Below are positions 10,133 to 20,164 of a DNA stretch of 48,927 nt, one piece after another. Origin of the DNA: a virus (Duplodnaviria > Caudoviricetes); the IMG/VR virus record IMGVR_UViG_3300035211_000002, positions 1 to 48,927 of that record. The stretch is one strand, 5' to 3'. Under the pieces are notes generated by a model. That model had not been told where the DNA came from and ran no database searches. It saw only the letters and a program-made list of their open reading frames with translations. Each line of letters opens with the position of its first letter. Within the stretch, counting starts at the first letter, position 1. The translations under genes and the position numbers were made by a program.

Positions 10133-10659
10133 TGGGTATACTTAGTAAAGTTGCTAAGGTAGGTATTGGTGCTGGTATTGGCTTTGCTACTGGCGGCCCT
10201 ATTGGCGCTATAGCGGGTGGAGGTCAGGCTGGCCTAAGTGCAATTGCTGGTAGCAAGACCAAGAAAGCAGCCAAAGAACAGCAACGACTACAGCGCATAC
10301 AACAGCGTAGGAATGCTATTCTACAAGTACGCGAAGCTAGAGCACAGAGAGCATCTGCACAACAAGGTGCAGCTAATTTAGGTGCAGGGCAGTCCTCTGC
10401 TGCTGAAGGTGGTGGTGGTTCTGTTGTATCACAGCTTGGTGCTAATCTAGAGTTTATTAGTACGTATGGGGCTAGTACAGAACGCAGCAGTAGTCTGTTA
10501 AATAAAGCTAGCACGTTTAGTAACCTAAGTCAGATAACAGACAGCCTTGTGGGACAGTACACTGAAGCACAGAAAATCTTTAAGACTGCTAAAGCTGCTG
10601 ATCCTACTGTGTCTAGGTCAGATGTTAATACTGGAACTATTTTTGATTTGATATCTTAA
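10132..10659 (+). CDS. Small internal virion (ejection) protein
   Basis: Gly/Ala-rich hydrophobic N-terminus plus Gln/Arg-rich helix; follows the nozzle gene. Confidence 0.7.
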   Translation: MGILSKVAKVGIGAGIGFATGGPIGAIAGGGQAGLSAIAGSKTKKAAKEQQRLQRIQQRRNAILQVREARAQRASAQQGAANLGAGQSSAAEGGGGSVVSQLGANLEFISTYGASTERSSSLLNKASTFSNLSQITDSLVGQYTEAQKIFKTAKAADPTVSRSDVNTGTIFDLIS

Positions 10660-13600
10660 TGCCTTTAAATGATATAAAACCACAAGCTCCTCTGTCTATG
10701 GACAGCACAGTTGTTAAGAAGGACTCTTACGTAGAGGACATTAACAAAACGAATGCTACTGCCTTGGCCGTAACTCAGGCTAGCGCAGAAGGAGATTCTT
10801 TTAATCTTGAGTACCAGAAGAACTTTAAAGATCAGCTAAGTATGCAAGGCTTAGCTGATACATCTGCTCCTGTTATTCATCAGTTCAATGAGAATATTCT
10901 TACTGAATACAATCTTGCACTGTCTGATCTCAATCAAGAAGCTCAGTCTCAGCAGGAGATACAAGATAATCAATCTGCTATGATTGAAGCGGCTACTAAT
11001 GACCTAGCTAAACCTGATGGTTTTAGTGTTCTTCGTTCAGCTATGATTAATCTTGGTATGGAAGATACTAAGCAGAACCAGTATACTGTGTCTTCTATGA
11101 TTGCTGCTCAGGTAGCTGCTGAGATGGGGACTACTGATGGTGTATTTGATACTGTCTCCTCTTTCCTTGGTTTAATGATACCGGGTAGAGATATTCTAGA
11201 CACGATAGAGATGGGTGCTGCGCTACCTGAAGTTAAGGGTCTAAATGTACAGGGTTTGGAGAGAGCTTATGCTGCACTTGATCCTGCTGAACAGGTTGCT
11301 AATCTCCCAGCTATTAGGCAGTTTGTAGAATCTAAAACAGATAATCCTTTCCTGCGTCAGCAGTACTTTGAGCAGATTACTGGCGCTAATGATCAAAGCT
11401 TTCTTGCTTCTGCTGCTATTAGTGGTGGTCTAGAAATCGGTGGTGAACTGCTGGGTGGTGGTTTGTTGACTGCTGCTGGTAAGTACGGTGTGCGTTGGCT
11501 TAAAGGAACTAAACCACTTAAGGTCATGAAGACTGCTGGTAAAGAAGGGGTAGAACTTTCTGGTAAACTAAATGCAGAAGCAATCAATAATCCTGAAGCT
11601 GCTGATGCAGTAGGTGAAGCTCTAGATACTGTTCAGGGCAATACTACTGGCTGGAAATTAGAAGGACTGTTTCCTAATCAGACTGATGGTATCGCTGCAT
11701 CCACTGTAGAAGCTATTGATCGCAAGGTAGCAGCAGTAGAAGAGAAACTTGGACAAGTTAATCTCAAAGGACACAACCTCTTTACATCTAAAGAACGTGA
11801 GACTGTTAAAGCTAAATGGGTAGATGACTTCAAGTCTAAGTATCTTGAGGCAGGTGATGGCTTAGAGCCTACACAGTATGCTGCTGATGATGTGTCATTT
11901 GATATTAAGGATACACTCACTGGCTTTAAAGTCACTGTCAGAACGCCTGATGCTACGTACCATATCAAGCCTATTAGGTTTACTAACCTAGATGCTGGTA
12001 ATTTTGCTGCGGAAGAACTGTCTATGACTGGTGATATCTTCCATAAGATTGCGTCACCTAACAGCTTGCTACGCAGATTTCAGGACAATATGGTCAGTCA
12101 AGCTACAACGCTAGATAGACAGGCTTCGTCCAATGTTAAAGCACTGACTGAAGCTGCTCGTCGCGCTACCAAGGGCTTGGGTAAGAAGTCCAGCAGTAAG
12201 ATTGATGAGATACTTCTGGCTGGAGATAACCCCGGAGCTAAGAATGGTGTAGTCTTCACTCCTCAGCAGTTGATGCTGGAAGGTATTGATACTCCTGCCG
12301 GTACTGTAAAGCTTACGGAAAAGGAAGCGGCTGCGTATTATGGCCTACGCCGAGTGTTTGATGATCTCTTCAAGTTGGAAGATACTCGTGTTGCTCGTGA
12401 ACTAGAGTTTCAGGGCTTTAAACGTCTTGACTTTAACATTGATGATGCTATAACTGATACGTTTCAGGCGTTTGCACAGCCCATAAATAAATTTGATGAT
12501 GGTGTGAGCCGTGTGTATAGCGCCACTCGTAAGTCTATTATTAATATCTCTGAGGAAGAGATACAGAAAGGACTGGAAGATGGCACACTACAGCGTGTCA
12601 AGTTCAAGAATCCAGTTAAAGTAACTCGTGGTGCTAATGAAATTGAGTGGGTGGACCATGGTGTTGTCTCTGTAGATGACTTGAGAGACATTGGAGGCGG
12701 TGGCGTACTTAACTACCGTCATGGTTATGTACCTCTCATTCGTAAGAATGCTCATTTCTTTGTACGGCGTGGTGTAGATACTACTGTTTCTGGTGTTAAG
12801 AAGAAAATCTTCAAGACAGAACGTATCTTTAATACTGAAATTGATGCCAAGGCATGGGCTGAAGCACAAGATAATGCTGATGAATTAGTTGTAGCTGCTG
12901 ACAGAGAACTTTCTAGTGATGTAGCGCTACGCGAGGAGCAAGATTATGTTCGTATGGGTGGCTTGTACGGCTCTACTCGTGTGCAGAGACAACTTTTGTA
13001 CGGACTTGAAGGCACTACACCAGTAAGATTGTCTGCTATCGACGCATTGAAGCGTAATCTAGCTCATGCCGCACACACTTCTACGTTTAATGAGTTTCGT
13101 ATGTCTGCTATGGCTAAGTTTAAGCGTACATACGGACCTGATGGGCTAAATATTCTAGCTGAACCGGGTGATGTGCTAAATTCTCGCATCATTAGTAAGA
13201 AAGGTGAGGTAGTACGCGCTGCTAAACTACAGCAAGAGTATTTGAGACACATCCTACGCATACCTACACGCGATGAAACACTGACACAGAGTACTTGGAG
13301 GCGTATTGCCAGTCTGATGGAGGGCTCTGATTGGCTAAAGGACTCTAAAGTACGGGATGCTGCGCTTGATATGCGCTCTAAAGACCCGTTTACGCTGCTG
13401 AAGACTGTTACTTTCCATGCTATGCTTGGTATGTACAACCCCTCTCAGCTTGTCGTACAGGCATCAGGTGCTTTACCAGCTATGGCTATGCGCCCTCATA
13501 GAGTAGTGCCTCTCCTAGCCCACTACAACGCTCTTAGGAGTGCTATGTACGTGCGTAGGTTGGGCAACAAGGAGGGCGTTGGAATTATTGCTGATAAGCT

Positions 13601-14987
13601 CGGTGACTTCCTTAGTAAAACTGGTGGTTTGTCTAAGGATGACTTTGTTAAACTGGTAGATGACTTCAATGAAACTGGTATCATGGATTCTGTTCGTACG
13701 AATGCAGACTATGATGCTATGTTGAACTCATTCGATGCTGATCGTAGTGCTATTAGTCGTATCTTTGATAGTGGTTTATACTTCTATAGGGAGGGTGAAC
13801 TGTTTACACGTACCTATGGGTGGCTAATGGCTCGTGATGAGTATCTTGCTAAGTTTCCTGCTAAGCGTGGTAAGCTTACTGAGTTTGATAAAGAGAAGAT
13901 CATGAAACGTGGTCAAGCTGTTGTTCTAAATATGGACAGAGCTAACGCAGCTTGGTGGCAGCATGCTCCTGTAATTGGTAATGCCACTCAGTTCTTGCAG
14001 GTGCATACTAAAATGCTTGAAGCTATGGCAGGTAAGGAATTATCAAGAGCAGATAAATGGAAGTTCCTGCTTGGTAGTGTAGCTACATCTGGCGCTAAAG
14101 GCTTCCCATTTGGTACAGCAGCACTGACAGCTATCGCATCGCAGTACGTAGATTACGGTGAACTAGACGAGAATACTAGAACTATCGCAGAAGATGGCGC
14201 TCAAGGATTGCTTTGGTACTGGCTGACTGGTGAACGTGTTGAAGCTGCGTCTCGTACGTCCATTGTCAGTGGTATTGAGGACACGTACAATCAATGGGTG
14301 ACTGATGATATTGGTGCTCTTGATCTTATGATGGGTGCGTCTGGCTCTATTGGTAGTCGTGCCCTGAATGCTTGGAGAAATTCTGGTGCTATTATTGCGC
14401 CTGTATTTGAGGACTTCTCTCAGTTTGATCAGGAGACAGTACTTGACGTTACATCAGAATGGGCTAAGATTGCATCTAGCTACAACAATGCTACTAAGGC
14501 TTGGATGATTTATAATCTGGGGCATGTAACTGATAGTAGAGGTAATCTTCTCTTCAATACTACTGAAGAAGAACGTGTTCCTACTGCTATACTGCGCGCA
14601 CTTGGCTTTACTACTACTCGTGAGTACTACAATTGGGTGATGCGCAAAGACTTGACATCTCTACAGAAGCAAGAAAAGGCTGTTGCTGATACACTAGTAG
14701 CACTATACAGAAAATACGAAGGTGAGTTTTACGATGAAGACTTGTATAAACGTTATCGTCTAGCTGCTACTCTTGCATTGCGTCCCTTTGATGGACAACC
14801 AGATGTGCAGGCTAGAATACAAAAAGCTGTTAACAATCGTATCTGGAAAGGTTCTGAGCGTGAACTAACTGAGCGTATTATACACAGAAGTCTTGAGGGT
14901 ACTGAGACTAGAAGTAGCTTGTTCTCTCCTCAAACAGCACCACAGCTAAAGCCCTATGACTTTAATCAAAATAATTCGGAGCAATAA
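10659..14987 (+). CDS. Large internal virion (ejection) protein
   Basis: 1442 aa, mostly helical, typical ejectosome position. Confidence 0.72.
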   Translation: MPLNDIKPQAPLSMDSTVVKKDSYVEDINKTNATALAVTQASAEGDSFNLEYQKNFKDQLSMQGLADTSAPVIHQFNENILTEYNLALSDLNQEAQSQQEIQDNQSAMIEAATNDLAKPDGFSVLRSAMINLGMEDTKQNQYTVSSMIAAQVAAEMGTTDGVFDTVSSFLGLMIPGRDILDTIEMGAALPEVKGLNVQGLERAYAALDPAEQVANLPAIRQFVESKTDNPFLRQQYFEQITGANDQSFLASAAISGGLEIGGELLGGGLLTAAGKYGVRWLKGTKPLKVMKTAGKEGVELSGKLNAEAINNPEAADAVGEALDTVQGNTTGWKLEGLFPNQTDGIAASTVEAIDRKVAAVEEKLGQVNLKGHNLFTSKERETVKAKWVDDFKSKYLEAGDGLEPTQYAADDVSFDIKDTLTGFKVTVRTPDATYHIKPIRFTNLDAGNFAAEELSMTGDIFHKIASPNSLLRRFQDNMVSQATTLDRQASSNVKALTEAARRATKGLGKKSSSKIDEILLAGDNPGAKNGVVFTPQQLMLEGIDTPAGTVKLTEKEAAAYYGLRRVFDDLFKLEDTRVARELEFQGFKRLDFNIDDAITDTFQAFAQPINKFDDGVSRVYSATRKSIINISEEEIQKGLEDGTLQRVKFKNPVKVTRGANEIEWVDHGVVSVDDLRDIGGGGVLNYRHGYVPLIRKNAHFFVRRGVDTTVSGVKKKIFKTERIFNTEIDAKAWAEAQDNADELVVAADRELSSDVALREEQDYVRMGGLYGSTRVQRQLLYGLEGTTPVRLSAIDALKRNLAHAAHTSTFNEFRMSAMAKFKRTYGPDGLNILAEPGDVLNSRIISKKGEVVRAAKLQQEYLRHILRIPTRDETLTQSTWRRIASLMEGSDWLKDSKVRDAALDMRSKDPFTLLKTVTFHAMLGMYNPSQLVVQASGALPAMAMRPHRVVPLLAHYNALRSAMYVRRLGNKEGVGIIADKLGDFLSKTGGLSKDDFVKLVDDFNETGIMDSVRTNADYDAMLNSFDADRSAISRIFDSGLYFYREGELFTRTYGWLMARDEYLAKFPAKRGKLTEFDKEKIMKRGQAVVLNMDRANAAWWQHAPVIGNATQFLQVHTKMLEAMAGKELSRADKWKFLLGSVATSGAKGFPFGTAALTAIASQYVDYGELDENTRTIAEDGAQGLLWYWLTGERVEAASRTSIVSGIEDTYNQWVTDDIGALDLMMGASGSIGSRALNAWRNSGAIIAPVFEDFSQFDQETVLDVTSEWAKIASSYNNATKAWMIYNLGHVTDSRGNLLFNTTEEERVPTAILRALGFTTTREYYNWVMRKDLTSLQKQEKAVADTLVALYRKYEGEFYDEDLYKRYRLAATLALRPFDGQPDVQARIQKAVNNRIWKGSERELTERIIHRSLEGTETRSSLFSPQTAPQLKPYDFNQNNSEQ

Positions 14988-14991
14988 ATAG

Positions 14992-16824
14992 ATGGCTGCT
15001 TTTAGTAAACAAATCTCTGAGCCTACTCCTGTAGCAGTCAGTGCTGCACCTACTACTGCTGATGTAGCAGTGGCTACACTTCCATCTGCTATCAATGCTG
15101 GTACGCAGATTGCTCAATACAATTCTCTAGAAGCTATTGATGAGGCTGGTAAGAAACTACAGAATGTAAATGCTCAGGCTCAGCAGGGTCAGAAGATTAT
15201 TAGTGATCTAACTACTGAGTTTCTTGATCCTAATAGTAAGCGTAGCGTGGATCAGATTGTTGGAGACTTCCAGAAGCTACAAGCTGGACAGATACAGGGT
15301 GCTATCACTGCTGATGAAGCTAAGGTACGTGCTGTGTCCACTCTCCGTAAAGCTATAGCTAATACCCCCGGCCTAGCTCCAGAGTTTGAACGAGCCTATC
15401 AAGCTATGGGTTTTGGTGCTACACAAGGTTCTACTGCTGGTGCGGATATACTAACTAGTCTTACAAAGCAGTACGCTGATGATCTACATGAAGCTAGGTC
15501 ATCTAATCGTACGTTACAGCAGTTGTATTCTGATCGTGAGCAAGCGGCTAATGCGGACAGAGCAGACAATGTTGTGTCTCAGATGGCTAATGCTGGTACT
15601 CTTGCCTTACCGTACGTCATTGATACACAAGCTCAGTTGTCTCAGGCATCTGTCAAAGATTTGCAGATGAAACTACAGCAAGACCTTAAGATTAATGGCT
15701 CTGCTGTTAATATCCCTGATTACAAGATTGCTGCTGCTACTATACAGGGACAGCTCCATGCTAATCTAGACTCTCAGTTTGCGCAGGCTACTGCTAAAGG
15801 TCAGGTGTTTACACAAGATCAGATTAGTGCGGCACACTCTCGTATTGATAATAGCTTTAATACTTTCAACACTATACTTGATTCGGCTGATCCTCTTAAA
15901 ATATTAGAGCGCGCAAACAGTTTAACTAAGCAGAGTGCACAAGCTGATCTAAATAAGATTTGGGATACGTATGGACAAGCTGGCATTGCTGCTAAGCTGA
16001 CATCTGCTGAGAACCAATCTGCTATGTTCTTGGCTAATATGAATCTGTCTAGTCAGATAATGCGTGCTGATAATCCTAATGAAGTAGGTGCTAAACTAGA
16101 TGATCTAGCTCGTACTGATCCTACAGGTGAGGCTGCTGGACTAGTTACATTGATGCGTAGTAATCCAGAAGTTATTAATTATATGATTGGTAGAAAAGCA
16201 GAGACAGGTAGACTTGAACCTGAGAACAGTGTAACTAATCAAGTTACTAATCAGCTTACTGAGTTGATGCAGCAAGCTTGGGTGAATGAAGATGCGGACT
16301 TGGAAGATCCTGCTGCACTGGATGCACTTACTAACGCTCTTGGTTCTCGTTGGTCTACGTCAATTAGTACTGGTACTCTAACCAACCCTAAAGTTGTTAA
16401 TGCTTCTCGTAAGTCTGCTACTGTACGAGCTACTATTGATAATACACTGGGCACTAAGACTGCTGCTATTGAAAATGTATTGAATGAAAAGCAGGCAACA
16501 CAGCCTAACTTCACATTTACGTATAATCCTAATAGGAAGGTACCTAGCTATACTGTATTCGGTGCGCTTAGCCCCAATGCTGCTGATGTAACTGCACCAT
16601 TTAGTGCTGTTGGTAGTACTAGTACTTTCCAAGGAGCTACCATAGATACTAGTGGCACTGAGGACTATATTAAACAGCTTAATGAAATCTATCGCTATAA
16701 GCAACAGGTGTTTGGTAAACAGGCTGCTGATGAGTGGGCTACTGGCGTGAATGAAAGATTTAATCCTACTGTTCCAGAAGATACATTTACTACTGAGAAC
16801 GGTGAAACCTTTAGGATTGATTAA
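14992..16824 (+). CDS. Internal virion (ejection) protein
   Basis: 610 aa, Ala/Gln-rich and helical. Confidence 0.68.
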   Translation: MAAFSKQISEPTPVAVSAAPTTADVAVATLPSAINAGTQIAQYNSLEAIDEAGKKLQNVNAQAQQGQKIISDLTTEFLDPNSKRSVDQIVGDFQKLQAGQIQGAITADEAKVRAVSTLRKAIANTPGLAPEFERAYQAMGFGATQGSTAGADILTSLTKQYADDLHEARSSNRTLQQLYSDREQAANADRADNVVSQMANAGTLALPYVIDTQAQLSQASVKDLQMKLQQDLKINGSAVNIPDYKIAAATIQGQLHANLDSQFAQATAKGQVFTQDQISAAHSRIDNSFNTFNTILDSADPLKILERANSLTKQSAQADLNKIWDTYGQAGIAAKLTSAENQSAMFLANMNLSSQIMRADNPNEVGAKLDDLARTDPTGEAAGLVTLMRSNPEVINYMIGRKAETGRLEPENSVTNQVTNQLTELMQQAWVNEDADLEDPAALDALTNALGSRWSTSISTGTLTNPKVVNASRKSATVRATIDNTLGTKTAAIENVLNEKQATQPNFTFTYNPNRKVPSYTVFGALSPNAADVTAPFSAVGSTSTFQGATIDTSGTEDYIKQLNEIYRYKQQVFGKQAADEWATGVNERFNPTVPEDTFTTENGETFRID

Positions 16825-17687
16825 TGCCAAGCTTTAGTACATTTGGAAAGGCTGTGGCTCGGGGTGCAGAACAAGTAACTGAGGAATTGCCTCGTATTGC
16901 TAAGGCTCTCGGGCAAACTCCACCTATTGATCCATATACAGCTATTAGAAACTATCAAGCATCCTCTAAAACTTTGAACAAACTTCTGCTTGCTGCTAAG
17001 GGTGACGTATCTAAGATTGCAGATACACAACAGCTTTTATCTCATGGTTCTACCACTATAGGCGAATATGTAAAAGGCTTGGACAATGCTATGCAACCTG
17101 TAGCAGAAGCTAGAACACTCTACCGTGGCATTAAGATGACCCCAGATCAGGCGCAAAATCTTAAGGCAGGGCAGACCTTCACTAATACTAGCTTCATGTC
17201 TACTAGCAAGGCTGAGGAAGTAGGAAGATTGTTTGCAGGTAATGAGCAAGATGGTGGTAACGTTATCTTTGAGATCATTACTAATAAAGGCTCTGTTAAA
17301 GGAGCTGATGTAGACAACGTTCTTGGTAGTAATGCCTTTAAGGAAGATGAAGTTATCTTAGGTAGAAATCAGCAGTTTGATATTACTAATGTAGAGTATC
17401 GTAACGGTCGCAAGTACGTAACCATGAAGCCTAAAGGCGCAGAAGACCCACTAATCTATAGGCAAAGGTACAACGCTAGAGGAGATGACACTAATGTAAT
17501 CAATCTACCTCTCAAGAATGGTGGGTATAGAACTGCTGGTATTATTCAGAAGCCAGATTATCTATTGCCAAAGATACTCAGTAAATCAGAGGAAGAACTA
17601 GCAACTAAATATCCTGACGTAGACGTAGTAAAATTAAAACAGATGGCGCAACAGCAGCTAAAGAGTATAGGAGTAACTAATGATTAA
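16824..17687 (+). CDS. VIP2/Alt-like ADP-ribosyltransferase (R-S-E class), probably virion-delivered
   Basis: LYRG, FMSTS and EDEVIL catalytic motifs in order; AIRNY..LNKLL..LDNAM helices. Confidence 0.88.
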   Translation: MPSFSTFGKAVARGAEQVTEELPRIAKALGQTPPIDPYTAIRNYQASSKTLNKLLLAAKGDVSKIADTQQLLSHGSTTIGEYVKGLDNAMQPVAEARTLYRGIKMTPDQAQNLKAGQTFTNTSFMSTSKAEEVGRLFAGNEQDGGNVIFEIITNKGSVKGADVDNVLGSNAFKEDEVILGRNQQFDITNVEYRNGRKYVTMKPKGAEDPLIYRQRYNARGDDTNVINLPLKNGGYRTAGIIQKPDYLLPKILSKSEEELATKYPDVDVVKLKQMAQQQLKSIGVTND

Positions 17688-17910
17688 ACAAACAGCAGAT
17701 TTTATACAACACCACGTAGAAGCAATTAAAGTAGCTGCTGACGGTACCGCTGTTAGTGTCGCAGGCGCAGCTTGGTTAGGATGGGTACCAGATGTTACGG
17801 CTTTTTTCGCACTTGTGTACATGCTTATCAGGATATATGAAACAGATACGGTTCAAGGCTGGATTGGAAAGAAACATGGACAGAGAAGCTCTGAAGAAGA
17901 GTCTGATTAG
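17680..17910 (+). CDS. Small membrane protein, putative holin
   Basis: Hydrophobic segments followed by IRIYET; overlaps the endolysin start. Confidence 0.6.
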   Translation: MIKQTADFIQHHVEAIKVAADGTAVSVAGAAWLGWVPDVTAFFALVYMLIRIYETDTVQGWIGKKHGQRSSEEESD

Positions 17911-18292
17911 ACACGAAGGTGTCCGTCTACAGGCGTATAAAGATACTGAAGGATACTGGACTATTGGCGTAGGTCACAAACTTCCTGCTCGTACTAATAG
18001 AGTCATGACTATCCAAGAAGTTATGGATCAACTAGAAGTTGATATGGATGAAGCGATAGAAGATGCTGAAAGATTTAGTTGGTATTATAATTTAAACGGC
18101 AAAAGACAGGCTGTAATCGTAGAGATGGTATTTCAGCTAGGCTTTTCAGGTGTCTCTAAATTTATTGGCATGATTAATGCTATAGTAGCAGAAGACTATG
18201 AACGTGCTGCGTATGAAATGGAAGACAGTAAGTGGCACAAACAGACGAAAGCAAGGTGTGAAGAACTTGCTGAAATAATGAGGAACGGATAA
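17876..18292 (+). CDS. Endolysin, T4-lysozyme-like (GH24)
   Basis: HEGVRLQAYKDTEGYWTIGVGH catalytic motif; true start probably MDREALKK. Confidence 0.9.
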   Translation: MDREALKKSLIRHEGVRLQAYKDTEGYWTIGVGHKLPARTNRVMTIQEVMDQLEVDMDEAIEDAERFSWYYNLNGKRQAVIVEMVFQLGFSGVSKFIGMINAIVAEDYERAAYEMEDSKWHKQTKARCEELAEIMRNG

Positions 18293-18681
18293 TGTTCGGT
18301 ATTATAAAAACTGTACTTGGTGTAGTAGCTAAACCCGCACTAGATTTTATCTCTCACAAGATGAAGATGGCTGAGGCTAGGCGGGAGACTGAACTGTCTA
18401 TCGAGCTAGAGAAACAGAAAGTAATCTCACAGCAGGCTACTGCGGATATTAAGTGGGATCAAATCATGGCTAAGAACAGTGGTAGTTCTTGGAAGGATGA
18501 GTACTGGACTATTGTTCTCAGTATTCCTGCTGTAGTGGCATTCGTACCGGGTACTAGGCAGTATGTAATGGATGGCTTTGACGCACTTATGACTATGCCT
18601 CAGTGGTATATTGCTGCACTACTTACTGCTATCGCTGCTGCATTTGGTCGTAGTGAGCTTACTAAATGGCGGAGGAAGTAA
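18292..18681 (+). CDS. Holin-like membrane protein
   Basis: SWKDEYWTIVLSIP...MPQWY...AAFG with two hydrophobic segments, next to the endolysin. Confidence 0.65.
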   Translation: MFGIIKTVLGVVAKPALDFISHKMKMAEARRETELSIELEKQKVISQQATADIKWDQIMAKNSGSSWKDEYWTIVLSIPAVVAFVPGTRQYVMDGFDALMTMPQWYIAALLTAIAAAFGRSELTKWRRK

Positions 18682-18812
18682 TGCCTGTACACAAAGTAAA
18701 AGGTGGATATAAATGGGGTAAAAGTGGTAAAGTATACCCTACTAAAGCTCAGGCAGCTAGACAAGGTAGGGCTATAGAGGCAAGTAAGCATAGTAAAAAG
18801 AAGAAAAAGTGA
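18681..18812 (+). CDS. 43-aa very basic protein (not in ORF track)
   Basis: MPVHKVKGGYKWGKSGKVYPTKAQAARQGRAIEASKHSKKKKK; GGAGG RBS; TAATG and GTGA overlaps. Confidence 0.75.
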   Translation: MPVHKVKGGYKWGKSGKVYPTKAQAARQGRAIEASKHSKKKKK

Positions 18813-20161
18813 CTGTACCTAATAATAGAAATAGACAGAAAGAATACGATCGTAGTCGTCTAAGGGATGACCATCGTGAACTGCATAATGGTGCTATCGA
18901 GAACGAAGCAGCAGATTATGTAGGTAGTATTCTTGTTGACTCTACTACTATTGATTTTACATATAATACAAGTACACCGTCTCTTACTGCTATAGTTATA
19001 GATGACAGCATCACTGATACTAAACTACGTAATAGTGCTGCTATCAGCGTCATTGGTAGGTCTGCTAATAGCTCTGGTGATCCTGCTGATATAGCTGCTA
19101 GTACTTTATATGATACTCTGTGGTATGATGGCAGCATTCTTAGTTTTGCTCAGATGCCCGCTGAAGGAGTCTCATATGATAATGGTACTATTGTAACCCC
19201 ACTTACTATTACAAACCCTGGCGCAGAAGACGGATCATTTAATGGCTGGACTGAAGCAGGCGGTACTTGGTCTGTTTCAACAAGTACTCCTCATAGTGGA
19301 AGCTACGTATTTGAAAAGGGATTTAGCACTAGCGCACACACACTGACTACTACGAATTTTATTGATCTTCCTAGTTTTTATTGGGCGGCTATTGACGCAG
19401 GTAATGCAACAATAACAGGCAGCCATTGGATACGAAGAGGTTCTTCTAATACTGGTCAGTCTATTTATCTTCAGTACTATTTTTATGATTCTTCAGATTC
19501 TCTTATATCTAGTACTACTTCTGGTAATTCTAATGGCTCACTAAATACTTGGATAGAACAGTCCATCTCAGGTTATACTATTCCTGCCACTACCAGAAAA
19601 ATCAAAATACGTTCTGGTATTAATTCAGGTGGTTCATTTAGCGTTAGTTGGAGGGTAGATGACCATTCAGTTAGCATGTCTGCACCGGGGGCAGTATCTT
19701 CGGATAATGTTCAAGATGCTATAATAGAACTATATAATTTAGCTAATTCAGCAGTGCCAACAACAGCATCAGAATTAGCATACGATCCTAGTACCTCTAG
19801 TCTTACTGCTACAGATGTACAAGCTGCTATTGATGAAGTTGAAGGAAGATTAGACACTGTTGAGGCATGGGATACTGATGATATTTCTGAAGGTGTAGTT
19901 AATTTCTACTATACAGCAGAAAGAGCACGAGATGATGTTGGTGCTGCTCTGACACAGGGTACTGGTATTGCAATTACTGTTGATGATGGTGCAGACACAA
20001 TTACTATTGCATGTGATGTAGCAGCAAGTGAAGTTACGTATGATAATACTTCTTCTGGTCTTACAGCAACAGATGTTAATGCTGCTATTGATGAAGTGTT
20101 AGCTGGTGCAGGTGGATTAACACAACCTCAAGTACTGGCTAGAATAAGTTTAGGAGTTTAA
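18809..20161 (+). CDS. Tail fibre / receptor-binding protein with carbohydrate-binding-like domain
   Basis: NPGAEDGSFNGW...VDD jelly-roll-like segment; two YD..S.LTATDV.AAIDEV repeats. Confidence 0.72.
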   Translation: MTVPNNRNRQKEYDRSRLRDDHRELHNGAIENEAADYVGSILVDSTTIDFTYNTSTPSLTAIVIDDSITDTKLRNSAAISVIGRSANSSGDPADIAASTLYDTLWYDGSILSFAQMPAEGVSYDNGTIVTPLTITNPGAEDGSFNGWTEAGGTWSVSTSTPHSGSYVFEKGFSTSAHTLTTTNFIDLPSFYWAAIDAGNATITGSHWIRRGSSNTGQSIYLQYYFYDSSDSLISSTTSGNSNGSLNTWIEQSISGYTIPATTRKIKIRSGINSGGSFSVSWRVDDHSVSMSAPGAVSSDNVQDAIIELYNLANSAVPTTASELAYDPSTSSLTATDVQAAIDEVEGRLDTVEAWDTDDISEGVVNFYYTAERARDDVGAALTQGTGIAITVDDGADTITIACDVAASEVTYDNTSSGLTATDVNAAIDEVLAGAGGLTQPQVLARISLGV

Positions 20162-20164
20162 TAG

